Shown: positions 10,125 through 19,804 of the stretch, one piece after another
Position numbering within the stretch: position 1 is the first letter of the stretch
Layout: the number at the start of each line of letters is the position of its first letter
NCBI GenBank assembly: GCA_034669905.1
Contig: JAXMOL010000048.1
Coordinates: 1-56,749, forward strand
DNA from: Candidatus Hydrogenedentota bacterium
GTDB lineage: Bacteria > Hydrogenedentota > Hydrogenedentia > Hydrogenedentales > JAEUWI01
Direction: 5' to 3'
DNA length: 56,749 nucleotides
The notes under the pieces: generated by a model
Seen by the model: only the letters and a program-made list of their open reading frames with translations
Database searches by the model: none
What the model was told of the DNA's origin: nothing
Made by a program: the position numbers and the translations under genes

Positions 10125-10182
10125 ACGATTACTCCCGTTTTCATCCTTGACCGACCCCGTACATCGCCAATTACGACACCCC

Positions 10183-11091
10183 CTACTTCATCAACCACTG
10201 CTTCGCATTAATGGCTTCAAGATCTGCGGCGAGGGCTTTGCGGCCGGCATCGTCCAGTGCGCGCAAGGGCAAACGTGAGGGGCCACAATCGTGCCCTATC
10301 GCGCGCATCATCGCCTTGAATCCGGCCATCCCGTCATAGGAAAGCATGGTGCGAATAAGCACCCCGGCCTCGGCCTGCAATTCGAAGGCGCGCTTCGCGT
10401 CCCCCTCATCAAAGGCCTTGCGGGCGGCGTGATAGATGGGCGCCATAAAATTGTAGCTGCTGCCCACGGCACCCGCGGCGCCCAGGGCATGGCCGCTCAC
10501 ATAGGATTCATCCACGCCGAAGAGCATGGTGTGTCGGCCCTCGGCCAAATTCACACACTGCTGAAACTCATGTTGCATGAAGCTGCTGAACTTGATACCC
10601 GCCAGGCTCGGAAGTTCTTCCGGCGCACGGCGCAACATTTCGGCCATACTGAAGGTCACGTCGGTCAGCCGGGGAATGTGATAGTAGTAAAAGGGCAGGT
10701 CGGGCGCGCCCGATGCCACTTCGCTGAGGCACGCGATGAGGCTGTCCATGCTGTCTGGCTTGAAGTAGGTGGGCGGCAGGGCGCTCAGGGCATCGGCACC
10801 AATGGCGGCGGCATGCTGCGCCAAATCGCGGGCTTCCCAGTTGCTCGCGTGACCCACCTGGACCACCACGGGAATGCGGCCCGCCGTGGCCTTCACATAG
10901 GCCTCGGCCACATCACGACGTTCGGCCGAGGTGAGGGCGGGGCCTTCGCCCGTGCTGCCGCAGACGTAGAGTCCACCAACATCATTGTTTACCAACCGAT
11001 CCACGATGGCGGGGATGGGCTCGAGGTTTATGGTGCCGTCTTCGTGCATGGGCGTAAAGGTGGCGGCGATCAGGCCTGCAAGTGTTTTCAT
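10183..11091 (-). CDS. nanA: N-acetylneuraminate lyase (DapA/NanA family)
   Basis: GSTGE, YYHIP and GIKFS (Schiff-base Lys); adjacent to a sialidase. Confidence 0.8.
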   Translation of the reverse strand: MKTLAGLIAATFTPMHEDGTINLEPIPAIVDRLVNNDVGGLYVCGSTGEGPALTSAERRDVAEAYVKATAGRIPVVVQVGHASNWEARDLAQHAAAIGADALSALPPTYFKPDSMDSLIACLSEVASGAPDLPFYYYHIPRLTDVTFSMAEMLRRAPEELPSLAGIKFSSFMQHEFQQCVNLAEGRHTMLFGVDESYVSGHALGAAGAVGSSYNFMAPIYHAARKAFDEGDAKRAFELQAEAGVLIRTMLSYDGMAGFKAMMRAIGHDCGPSRLPLRALDDAGRKALAADLEAINAKQWLMK

Positions 11092-11174
11092 GAAAGGGAC
11101 TTTCTTTTCGCCGGCCCGTCAGGGCGGCATAGGGGTGGCTATGAGTGAATTCAGATAAAGAACATACGGGCAAC

Positions 11175-11858
11175 TCAGCCTCGCTCGCTCTCCATATAAT
11201 GCAATTGATGATCCATGGCATGGACGATATGCTGCCGCATGATCTCGGCCCCTTCTTCTCCGTCGCCATTGCCGATCGCCTCGGTGATGGCCCGGTGATC
11301 TTCCAGGGTCTGCTCACCGCCCTGGGGCACAGAGTCCCGGGGCTTGCTCCGGTTCACGTGGGACAACATGCGCACGCTGCTCGCGGCCCGGGCCAGCCAA
11401 TCGTTGTCGGCGGCCTCAATGATGGTCTCATGAAACTCGGCATCCTGATTCAGCCAATCCCGGAGCAATTTGCGGTCGGGCTGGCTGGGATCACAGGCTT
11501 CGATAGCCTTCCAGGTTTCTGCCTGAAGGTCGCAAATATTCTCCAGGCGGCGCTGTTGAAAGGACTGGATGTTATCCGCCGCTTCGCGGACGGCAAAAAC
11601 CTCCAGTTGCTCACGGAAGGAATAGAGCTTAATGATATCTTTGCCGTTGAACTCCCGGACGAAGGCACCGGCACCCGGGATATGCTCTACCAACCCTTCG
11701 CTCGTCAGGCGCGTCAACGCCTCGCGAATGGGCATGACACTCACCTCCATCTCCTCCGCCAGGGTGCGATTCACCAGGCGCATTCCGGGGGGATAATCGC
11801 CAGACGTGAGTTTCTTCAGCAACTGTTCATAAACCGCATGGGACGTGAGGGGGGCCAT
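11175..11858 (-). CDS. GntR family regulator with FCD domain
   Basis: wHTH segment LAEEMEVSVMPIREALTRL; FCD motifs DAEFH, EDHRAI, MRQHI. Confidence 0.9.
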   Translation of the reverse strand: MAPLTSHAVYEQLLKKLTSGDYPPGMRLVNRTLAEEMEVSVMPIREALTRLTSEGLVEHIPGAGAFVREFNGKDIIKLYSFREQLEVFAVREAADNIQSFQQRRLENICDLQAETWKAIEACDPSQPDRKLLRDWLNQDAEFHETIIEAADNDWLARAASSVRMLSHVNRSKPRDSVPQGGEQTLEDHRAITEAIGNGDGEEGAEIMRQHIVHAMDHQLHYMESERG

Positions 11859-11893
11859 GGTAGGGTGCTCCGGGTAGCTGGTGTTATTTCATG

Positions 11894-11909
11894 TGATAAC
11901 ATGCTATCA
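11894..11909. promoter_or_regulatory. Candidate GntR operator palindrome
   Basis: TGATAACATGCTATCA, a near-perfect palindrome about 35 bp upstream of the GntR start. Confidence 0.55.
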
Positions 11910-12194
11910 GGAATGGAAGGGCCGTGCAAGAGGGCGGTGAATGGAGACTTCAAGAGCACCACGCTCGCTCGGGTGGACGGTGTGGACAATGTACTGCCTG
12001 AGCCGTGGTGTAACGTACGAGCAGGCCTTCCAACAATACACACGTCTCGCGTTGTCACAAACCCCTGGGACGAGCCGTCCTTATAGTAGAATGTCTGTCA
12101 CGTGCTCCGCAGACGGCAGGCAACTACATTAACCTGACCACCATGCAAAGCAGGGCCCAAACCACCGAGCGCCCTGCGAGAAGAGAGTGTCCAC

Positions 12195-13229
12195 ATGCGC
12201 CTATACCGTGCAACTACCGTTTTAACGCTGCTACTTATTGCCCTATTCTCAACGGCCTCATCCGGCTACGCGGATGATATCGGTGACGTGGGTGAGGCCC
12301 GGGTTCAGGAGGTGACGGGCTCCCTCATCGGCACCACGGCCCCGAAGATGAAAATCCAGCTTCTGAATGGCGACACCGTGGACCTGGGCGCATTGGCAAA
12401 AAAGAAACCGGTCTACCTGAAATTCTGGGCGACGTGGTGTCACCCCTGTCGGCAGCAAATGCCCCATCTTCAGTCCACCTTCGAAAAGTATGGTGATGAA
12501 ATTCAAGTCCTTTCCGTAAACGCAGGCATGAACGATTCCATAGAATCCGTCAAAGCCTTTCAAGCGGAATATGGGCTGACGATGCCGGTGGCCATCGATT
12601 CGGAAGGCCACATCGGCCAAGCCTTCCGGTTAACGGTGACACCACAACACGTCTTGATTGACCGCACCGGAACGATTCGCTATGTCGGCCATTTGGCATC
12701 GGACGCATTGGATGAGGCATTGGCCGCCTTGCTCAACGATAACGGCACGGCCTCCCCCGCCGTTTCCAACGACAAAAAATTACGCGTAGAAAAGGCACCA
12801 AATACCTTGGCGCTACTCGACGGCACCACATTCAACGTGGAATCTGTCAAAGACAAACCGACGGTACTCTTTTTCTTTGCCGCGTGGTGTGATTGGTATC
12901 TGGCCGAAACCCGTCCGGAAGTTTCCGCGCGGTGCATCGATTTTCAGGAGCGCGTGCGCAAATTGCACCAACGCTTTGGAGATGAGGTTCAGATTGTGGG
13001 CATTGCCCAGTTCCTGTGGACCGACTCCGACTACCTCAACGACTATCAATCGCGGCTTGGCGTGGCCTATCCAATCGGATTGGACACGGACAGCGCGTGG
13101 TTCTCGGCCTATGGCATTCGCGACGTACCGGCCATTGTGGTCTTAAACACGGACCATAAAATCGAAGCCACGATCACGGAAAATGCGGATGCGCTGGAGC
13201 CAGTAATTTCGAAGCTGGTGGCGGAGTAA
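12195..13229 (+). CDS. Exported TlpA/redoxin with two thioredoxin-fold domains
   Basis: Signal peptide; FWATWCHPC in domain 1; FFAAWCDWY and cis-Pro segment DVP in domain 2. Confidence 0.85.
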   Translation: MRLYRATTVLTLLLIALFSTASSGYADDIGDVGEARVQEVTGSLIGTTAPKMKIQLLNGDTVDLGALAKKKPVYLKFWATWCHPCRQQMPHLQSTFEKYGDEIQVLSVNAGMNDSIESVKAFQAEYGLTMPVAIDSEGHIGQAFRLTVTPQHVLIDRTGTIRYVGHLASDALDEALAALLNDNGTASPAVSNDKKLRVEKAPNTLALLDGTTFNVESVKDKPTVLFFFAAWCDWYLAETRPEVSARCIDFQERVRKLHQRFGDEVQIVGIAQFLWTDSDYLNDYQSRLGVAYPIGLDTDSAWFSAYGIRDVPAIVVLNTDHKIEATITENADALEPVISKLVAE

Positions 13230-13255
13230 CGCGAGGCCCGTCAAGCGCAAATGAG

Positions 13256-13412
13256 AACGACCTAAAGGACAAAAAGGACCTAAGGGACAAGTGGGAGCCA
13301 TGTCGGCAGACGTAATCGCTGGAACAAGCGAAGCCATCTGTGGCGACGGATGACCGCCTTCCGGGCAAGCGGCCCCTCAGTCCTTTACGTCCTTTTGGTC
13401 GTTTAGGTCCTT
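13256..13412. repeat. Inverted repeat built from 9-bp tandem units
   Basis: aacgacctaaaggacaaaaaggacctaagggac pairs with gtcctttacgtccttttggtcgtttaggtcctt. Confidence 0.75.
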
Positions 13413-13452
13413 GGCGAGGCCGCCATGAGCGCCCCCACGCCTGAAAAATATA

Positions 13453-13819
13453 CACGAGCAGGCCTGTAAGCCGGGTTCTGTCTAGGGACCGGAGTCCCCG
13501 AGACGGCCATTCATCTGGGACCTGTGTCACCACAGGCCTCAAGCTTCCTACCCGGGAGCAACGCGGGCCACGCCATAGCTCCCCTATTTGGAATTGCTCC
13601 AGGTGGGGTTTGACAAGCCGCCGTGTCGCCACGACGCTGGTGCGCTCTTACCGCACCATTTCAACCTTACCGGCCTTCCGAAGAAGACGTAGGCGGTGTA
13701 TTTTCTGTTCCACTTTCCGTCGGGTTGCCCCGCCTTCGTGTTACGAAGCACCTCGCCCTGTGGAGCCCGGACTTTCCTCCATATCCCGAAGGATACCGCG
13801 ACCGTCCGGCCTGCTCGTG
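13453..13819 (-). ncRNA. rnpB: RNase P RNA (bacterial type A)
   Basis: Minus strand has GAGGAAAGTCCGGGCTCC, GGAAAGTGGAACAGAAA and ACAGAACCCGGCTTA; ends pair as P1 (cacgagcaggcc/ggcctgctcgtg); TATACT -10 at 13826-13831. Confidence 0.97.
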
Positions 13820-14120
13820 CGGGGTAGTATAGCGCACTTCGACGGCCGGCGGAAATCTCCTATCGAGATGCCCCAATCCCCCCTCGTAGCGTAGCGGGTC
13901 ACCCATAAAAACAGCGGCGGCTTCCCCCATGGAGGAGGTTTCCTGCCAATTATCACTTTAACCCCCTTTTGGTGTAATATATCCCTCACATTTCTGCGCA
14001 GGGGCAGGCAATAATCATTCACGCCTTCGAACCAGTACGTGCTATGCTTGATATTATCAGTACGGTTAAGAAACTTGGAAGCGGGCCTGGGATGGGAACA
14101 GAGGAGCACCACGGGGACAC

Positions 14121-15764
14121 ATGGCCGTAAACCAGGCACATACTGAAATACCTTTCACCGGACTACCCGTCAGTGACGGCTTGGTCTGTGCGCCCGCGGT
14201 CGTGCTTTCTGCGAAAGACCAGACGGCCATTCCTTGCTACCGGATAGCGGCCGATGCGGTGGAGGCCGAGTTGGCCCGCTTAGACGATGCCTTGCAGGCG
14301 GCGGCCCTTCAGATCGCCACCCTGATCGAGCAGGTTACGGAGCGCATCGGTACGGCCCAGGCCAATATCTTCGTCGCCCAGAAGCTCATGGTGGAGGACG
14401 CGGTGCTCCGCGCGGAGATCGCCCAGTCCATCGCCGAAACCCATCTCAATGCCGAAGCGGCCATTGAAAAAACCTTCGACGCCTATGAAAAGCTGCTGAA
14501 GGAAGTCGATGATGAGTACCTCAGCGAACGGGCCTCCGACATAGGCGAACTCCGGCGGCGCTTGCACGAAATTCTATCGTCCTCCACCACACAGAATCCC
14601 AGCGAAGTCTTCGCCCACCTGATGACGGAGCCCCATATCATCGTGGCGACCGAACTGACCCCCAGTGAAACGGTCCAGCTCAATGCCGCCAATACCTTGG
14701 GATTTGTAACGGAACACGGTGGACGGGCCTCCCATGCCGCCATCCTGGCCCGGGCCATGGGCATCCCGGCGGTCAGCGGTATTCCGCTTATTGCCCAGAC
14801 CATTCAGACGGGTCACACGCTCCTGCTCAATGGGGAGACCGGTGAAATCATCGTCGAGCCCACCAAAGAAACCCTCTCCTTCTACCCTTCCGTGCGCCGT
14901 ACCGGCCACACCACCGCCAAACGGGTGGACCCGGTGGAAGGCTTCACCGTCCTGGCCAACATTGGGCTGAGCAGTGAAGTGGACAACATAGAAACGGTCG
15001 CCGCCGAGGGCGTGGGACTCTACCGAACGGAATTCGAATTTCTTGCGGCGGGTAAGGTTCTGGATGAAGACGAACAATACACGCGCTATCGACGGGTGGC
15101 AGAAGCCTTGGACGGTAAACCTTTCTACGCGCGTTTGCTCGACTTGGGTGGGGACAAAGATGCGCCCTACCTGGAAATCCCCCACGAGGAAAACCCGGCC
15201 CTGGGATTCCGGGGTGCGCGCTTACTCCTGGGGCGTCCCGATCTGCTCGTGCCCCACGCCCGTGCCGTCGCGCGGGCCTCATGTCATGGCCGTATCCAGC
15301 TCATCTATCCCATGATCGTAGATGTGGATCAATTCCTCGTCCTGCGAGAACGGATTCGTCAGGCCATCAGCGATATTGAAGGGCACAATCTGACCCACGG
15401 CGTCATGTTTGAGGTGCCGTCAGCCTGCCTGATGGCGGAAGAACTCTACGAAGTGGCCGACTTCGGCTCCATCGGCACCAACGATCTGATTCAATACCTT
15501 TTCGCCATTGACCGCAATAACGAACGGGTGGCCGATGACTACAACCCCGACAAGCCTGTGTTCTGGAAGTTGCTGTCCCAGCTCGCCGACGCGGCCAATG
15601 CGGCCGGTAAGCCCCTCTCCATCTGTGGAGAACTGGGTAGCCAGCCCCAATACCTTCCGCGGCTCATCGATCTGGGAATTCGTTGCGCCAGCGTAAGTCC
15701 CCGCTTGGTCGGTATGGCCCGTGTGGCCGCCCGAAAGCATCTCGCCCTCTCCACCGCCACCTAG
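14121..15764 (+). CDS. ptsI: Phosphoenolpyruvate-protein phosphotransferase (PTS enzyme I)
   Basis: Phospho-His motif GGRASHAAILARAMGIP; GVGLYRTEF; EENPALGFRG; SIGTNDLIQY; ICGE. Confidence 0.92.
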   Translation: MAVNQAHTEIPFTGLPVSDGLVCAPAVVLSAKDQTAIPCYRIAADAVEAELARLDDALQAAALQIATLIEQVTERIGTAQANIFVAQKLMVEDAVLRAEIAQSIAETHLNAEAAIEKTFDAYEKLLKEVDDEYLSERASDIGELRRRLHEILSSSTTQNPSEVFAHLMTEPHIIVATELTPSETVQLNAANTLGFVTEHGGRASHAAILARAMGIPAVSGIPLIAQTIQTGHTLLLNGETGEIIVEPTKETLSFYPSVRRTGHTTAKRVDPVEGFTVLANIGLSSEVDNIETVAAEGVGLYRTEFEFLAAGKVLDEDEQYTRYRRVAEALDGKPFYARLLDLGGDKDAPYLEIPHEENPALGFRGARLLLGRPDLLVPHARAVARASCHGRIQLIYPMIVDVDQFLVLRERIRQAISDIEGHNLTHGVMFEVPSACLMAEELYEVADFGSIGTNDLIQYLFAIDRNNERVADDYNPDKPVFWKLLSQLADAANAAGKPLSICGELGSQPQYLPRLIDLGIRCASVSPRLVGMARVAARKHLALSTAT

Positions 15765-15830
15765 TGGTTTGATTTAAGCAGATGGGCCCTTATTATGGCA
15801 GCCTGAATTGCCTGATTTACTGAGGATTAC

Positions 15831-15909
15831 TCCCCTCCTTGGAGGGGCCGGGGGTGGGTCACGTCATGAAAAGAAACCCAACCCACCCCTAACCCCTCCC
15901 GGGAGGGGA
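15831..15909. repeat. REP-like inverted pair (cccctcc..ggagggg type)
   Basis: tcccctccttggaggggccgggggtgggt / acccacccctaacccctcccgggagggga. Confidence 0.8.
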
Positions 15910-15974
15910 ATTTATTACCGAAATCCCCGGCAGGTTCAAGTGAACTTAAGTGTCCACATTTCTAATTCACCCCA

Positions 15975-17831
15975 CTAGTTTACGTGCCCCCGCCAACTTG
16001 TGCCCAGACCCAGCGCGGCAATCGCGGTGAGGGCCAATAGCCACAGATCGCCCACTGCGTCTCCTATCGTTTTCCGGGCCGTCGCCATACATCCTGACGT
16101 CCCACCTTCGCCTTCGCCTTCGCCTTCGCCTTCGCCTTCACCTTCACCTTCACCTTCACCTTCACCTTCACCTTCACCTTCACCTTCGCCTTCGCCTTCG
16201 CCTTCGCCTTCGCCTTCGCCTTCGCCTTCGCCTTCGCCTTCACCTTCACCTTCACCTTCACCTTCACCTTCACCTTCACCTTCACCTTCACCTTCGCCCT
16301 CACCTTCGCCCTCACCTTCGCCCTCGCCTTCGCCTTCACCTTCGCCTTCGCCTTCACCCGAAGCGAAGACTTCAACGGCGCCCAAATCCGTGCCCTGCCC
16401 CTGCGGCCGTGGCAAATTCAAAATATCCTCGTCGGGAGACTGTCCGCTTTCAACGCGATCAATGGCGGGACTGCCCGCCCCGGGAAGGCCATAAGTCATG
16501 ACCATTTTTTCAAACACATCGGCTATAGACGTTGCGCCCCCCGCGAAAGTATCCGATGCCGGCTCCCAGCGTGGAATGACAATCCCCACAGGCTCCGTCA
16601 GGCGGGGATCTCCCTGGATCCCATTGGCATCGTCCGACGGATTGATCTGTTCATTACCATCCTCCGGAAGGGCAGCACCGTCATTCCAATACAAATTCGA
16701 GTCCAACGCAAAAGAAGCCACATCAACTGCTGCCGTATCCGAAAAATCGTTGGGTCGGGAACTGTTCTCAGCCCCCATGCTCCCTGTCGAGTCCGACCAG
16801 ATATTGTTGTAAAAGAGAATCTCCTCGTTTGCCGGATTACTCCCCTCCCGGTTCAACCGCATGGCATAGGCAAGGGACGGCAGGTCGCCACTCACCGTAT
16901 TGTGGCGAAAGGTAATGTTGCGCCCACCCTTGACCCCGAATGCTGCCCGCATTACATTCGGTGAATTACCGAGAAACAGGTTGTTCTCTACCATCACCCC
17001 ATCCGCTTCAAAATATGGGTTTCCATCTTCTCCAATCAGCAGAAAATTCGAACCGCTAGATCCTTCCCAGTTCAGGAAGACATTTCGCCGGACGGTAATA
17101 TCGCGACTACCCGTTTCGCTATCGTCATCTCCGTTGCTATCCTTGATGACGATATAGCTGGAGGTGTCATTTCCGTTGCTCCGGCCGCTCCCGGCGAAGT
17201 CATTGAAAAAAATATTATCTTGAACGACCACGTCACGAACGCTGTTGATGTCGATGTGTTCGTCGGAGCCCGCCTGGTTGTAGAACATATTACCTTCCAC
17301 AAGGATATTCGCAGCCCCATTATTTATCTTCAGGATATCGTTGTTGTAGCTGTCATGGAGAATGTTGTTTCGAAAAGTTATACGACTTACCCGCTCAGAA
17401 CCGCCCGGCTCGCCGATGAGATCTTGTACCTGAATGACGAGCGCCCCTGCCCCGCTACCGGAGTGGGCGATATCAAAACCCTCCAGCGTTATTCCCTGCC
17501 CCTCAAAACAGGTAACGACGGTGCTGCTATGACGTAGTTGGGCGTGGTAGGGCACTTCTGAACGCACGACAACGCCATTAGCAAAAGTCCCTCGGAGACG
17601 AATCCGGCCGGCGTAGGTTCCCGGCCGAACGAGAATGATACTTCCGTCACCCACCGAATCGAGCGCCGCAGTGATGGTCGCCCACGGCTGAGAGAGGCTT
17701 CCGTTTCCGGTGGCATCGTTGCCCGATGGCGCCACGTAGAAGGTGTCGGCCTGTTTGTCTCCCCGGGCGGCTTCCGCCGAAAGCGTCACAAGAAGGCACG
17801 TTGCGATCCCAAATAAACTCGCCATTCGCAT
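15975..17831 (-). CDS. Secreted right-handed beta-helix (pectin-lyase fold) protein with GE-repeat linker and C-terminal membrane anchor
   Basis: Signal peptide; FYVAPSGND...PWATI (DUF1565-like); repeated NN-I/F beta-helix rungs; GSPAID...DLGAVE; (GE)42; GC...hydrophobic helix + R. Confidence 0.85.
   Translation of the reverse strand: MRMASLFGIATCLLVTLSAEAARGDKQADTFYVAPSGNDATGNGSLSQPWATITAALDSVGDGSIILVRPGTYAGRIRLRGTFANGVVVRSEVPYHAQLRHSSTVVTCFEGQGITLEGFDIAHSGSGAGALVIQVQDLIGEPGGSERVSRITFRNNILHDSYNNDILKINNGAANILVEGNMFYNQAGSDEHIDINSVRDVVVQDNIFFNDFAGSGRSNGNDTSSYIVIKDSNGDDDSETGSRDITVRRNVFLNWEGSSGSNFLLIGEDGNPYFEADGVMVENNLFLGNSPNVMRAAFGVKGGRNITFRHNTVSGDLPSLAYAMRLNREGSNPANEEILFYNNIWSDSTGSMGAENSSRPNDFSDTAAVDVASFALDSNLYWNDGAALPEDGNEQINPSDDANGIQGDPRLTEPVGIVIPRWEPASDTFAGGATSIADVFEKMVMTYGLPGAGSPAIDRVESGQSPDEDILNLPRPQGQGTDLGAVEVFASGEGEGEGEGEGEGEGEGEGEGEGEGEGEGEGEGEGEGEGEGEGEGEGEGEGEGEGEGEGEGEGEGEGEGEGEGEGEGEGEGEGEGGTSGCMATARKTIGDAVGDLWLLALTAIAALGLGTSWRGHVN
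16107..16358. repeat. Coding hexanucleotide tandem repeat, 42 x GGYGAR (Gly-Glu)
   Basis: 252 bp of ccttcg/ccttca/ccctc units arranged in homogeneous blocks. Confidence 0.97.
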
Positions 17832-18005
17832 CCAATTCGCTCCTCATCTGCTGCCCATGGACAAACCAATGTAAACGCATGACCGACACGTTGGCATCTT
17901 ACCATAGGAAGATGAAGACGGGAGGAGCGACACCCCAGCGCCTCAAACGGTTTCCGGTGTGCGGGATGAAGTTCAGCAATGGCCCCGCAGAATAGGGGTG
18001 ATGAC

Positions 18006-18905
18006 CTAGAAACCGTCGAAGGGTTTCCCGTAGCGCCCCAGGGTGCGCGCGCTGTCGAGGGACATGGGAAAGCGGTCATGGGGGTAGCGCAGATAGGCCA
18101 CGTGCCCATCAAGATAGAGCACATTGCCCCCGCCCGGAATGTGGGAGAAATCGATGGTCTTGGTCGTTGCGTGGTCCCACATGAGGGGTACGGTACTGCT
18201 GGACTGGGCCGACGCCGCCGGATTATTGATATCGGTGATAAGAAAGCGCTCGATGCCATCGCGCAGCCGGAAGAGTACATCGCCCCCGCCGGCCTGTGTG
18301 CCTGTGTGGGCCACCGAAACTTCGAAATCGTCCCAGCTGGCTTTTCCGCCCGTGGCCACGTTGGCCAGTGCCAACTCGCCCCAGGGTGTGTTGGCGAACT
18401 CGGGCTCTTCATGGCGCCCGTTGATACCCGTGCCGACGCTACCCACCAGCGAACCCAGAATATTCTCGTCGTCCATCACAAGCCAACCGGTGTAGTGGTA
18501 GGGCTCCTGACCGATTTCTTCCGGCTCGATGATGCCGTCGCCATCGCCTTTACCCGCGTCATAGCGTTCCACGTTATCCCGGGTTGCCACCCACGAGGGA
18601 CACCATATGACGTCGTAGTCATTGAGGTATTCGGGAATCATGGCGGGGCCGTTGAACATCATCTCGACGCTCAGCGCACCGGTAATGGTCTCCACCTGCC
18701 TTGGCGGAAAGTATCCGCGATTTTCGGAGGCATAAAGATGGAGGGAAAGGCCCATCTGCTTCAGGTTATTGGCACAGCTCGCACGGCGCGCCGCCTCGCG
18801 GGCCCGGGCCAGGGCCGGTAACAAAATGGCCGCCAGAATGCCAATAACGGCGATGACAACCAACAGCTCAATGAGTGTGAAACCTCGAGAATTATTCTGT
18901 TTCAT
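18006..18905 (-). CDS. Prepilin-type DUF1559 / H-X9-DG protein (paralogue 2)
   Basis: [17 protein letters not shown]...[42 protein letters not shown]. Confidence 0.9.
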   Translation of the reverse strand: MKQNNSRGFTLIELLVVIAVIGILAAILLPALARAREAARRASCANNLKQMGLSLHLYASENRGYFPPRQVETITGALSVEMMFNGPAMIPEYLNDYDVIWCPSWVATRDNVERYDAGKGDGDGIIEPEEIGQEPYHYTGWLVMDDENILGSLVGSVGTGINGRHEEPEFANTPWGELALANVATGGKASWDDFEVSVAHTGTQAGGGDVLFRLRDGIERFLITDINNPAASAQSSSTVPLMWDHATTKTIDFSHIPGGGNVLYLDGHVAYLRYPHDRFPMSLDSARTLGRYGKPFDGF

Positions 18906-18950
18906 GGCGCGCCACGTCCCTATCGCGTCGGGTGGCCCCTAAAGACCATT

Positions 18951-19727
18951 TCAGGTGAACTTGGAAAAATCCGGCGCCCGTTTTTCGGCGAAGGCCTGAA
19001 AGGCTTCGGCGGCTTCGGGGGACATGAGCCGTCCCATAAACTGTTCGAACTCCGCCTGCATGACCGCGGCGATGCGTTCGCGCTCGGGCCCACGCATCAA
19101 TTCCTTGGTTACGCGAAGCGCTTCGGGCGGCTGGGCAACCAGTTTCTGCACCATGACCATGGCATCGGCGAGCAAGGTCTCCGATTGAAACGCCGCATTG
19201 GCGATGCCCATCGTCACGGCTTCCTGGGCCCCAAACTCCTCGCCGAGCAGGAGCAATTCCGCCGCTTTCGCCGGGCCCACAAGGCGGGGAAGCAAATAAC
19301 TGGAAGCCGCCTCCGGGCAAAGACCAAGATTCACGAAAGGAAGCTTCAGCCGCGCCTTTTCACCGACATAGACCAAATCACAGTGGAGCAGCATGGTGGT
19401 ACCAATACCGATGGCCAGCCCATCCACGATACCTACCAGGGGCTTCCTGGTGGTCGCCAGGGCACGGAGGAATTGTCCCACGGAAGAGTCTTCGCCCGAC
19501 GGCGGATTCTGCATGAAGTCCATAACATCATTGCCGCTGCAGAAACACTCCTCCCCACCACGAATAACCACCACACGCACGGCACTATCGTCATCCGCGG
19601 CAAAGAGGTTATCGGCCAGGGTCTGATACATGGCCACCGTGAGGGCGTTCTTCTTGGCCAGACGATTGAGCTGGAGGGTCATGACTCCATCAGCAATCGA
19701 AACAAGTACGTGGTCCGAATCACTCAT
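18951..19727 (-). CDS. Enoyl-CoA hydratase/isomerase (crotonase) family protein
   Basis: LNRLAKKNAL, FCSGND, AIGIG, PFVNLGLCPEAASS. Confidence 0.9.
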   Translation of the reverse strand: MSDSDHVLVSIADGVMTLQLNRLAKKNALTVAMYQTLADNLFAADDDSAVRVVVIRGGEECFCSGNDVMDFMQNPPSGEDSSVGQFLRALATTRKPLVGIVDGLAIGIGTTMLLHCDLVYVGEKARLKLPFVNLGLCPEAASSYLLPRLVGPAKAAELLLLGEEFGAQEAVTMGIANAAFQSETLLADAMVMVQKLVAQPPEALRVTKELMRGPERERIAAVMQAEFEQFMGRLMSPEAAEAFQAFAEKRAPDFSKFT

Positions 19728-19804
19728 CCTGTTTTCCTTCCTGTGCCGAGGCGGGACATCGTTCCACGGCGGTGCGGTGGCAGCAAAAAACGCGACCGTC
19801 CAAC

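Noticed and set aside
13610..14139. Short ORFs over 13.6-14.1 kb
   Set aside because: They overlap RNase P RNA and its promoter region.
16000..16494. (Pro-Ser)n and (Lys-Val/Ala)n ORFs
   Set aside because: Alternative frames of the GE hexamer repeat.
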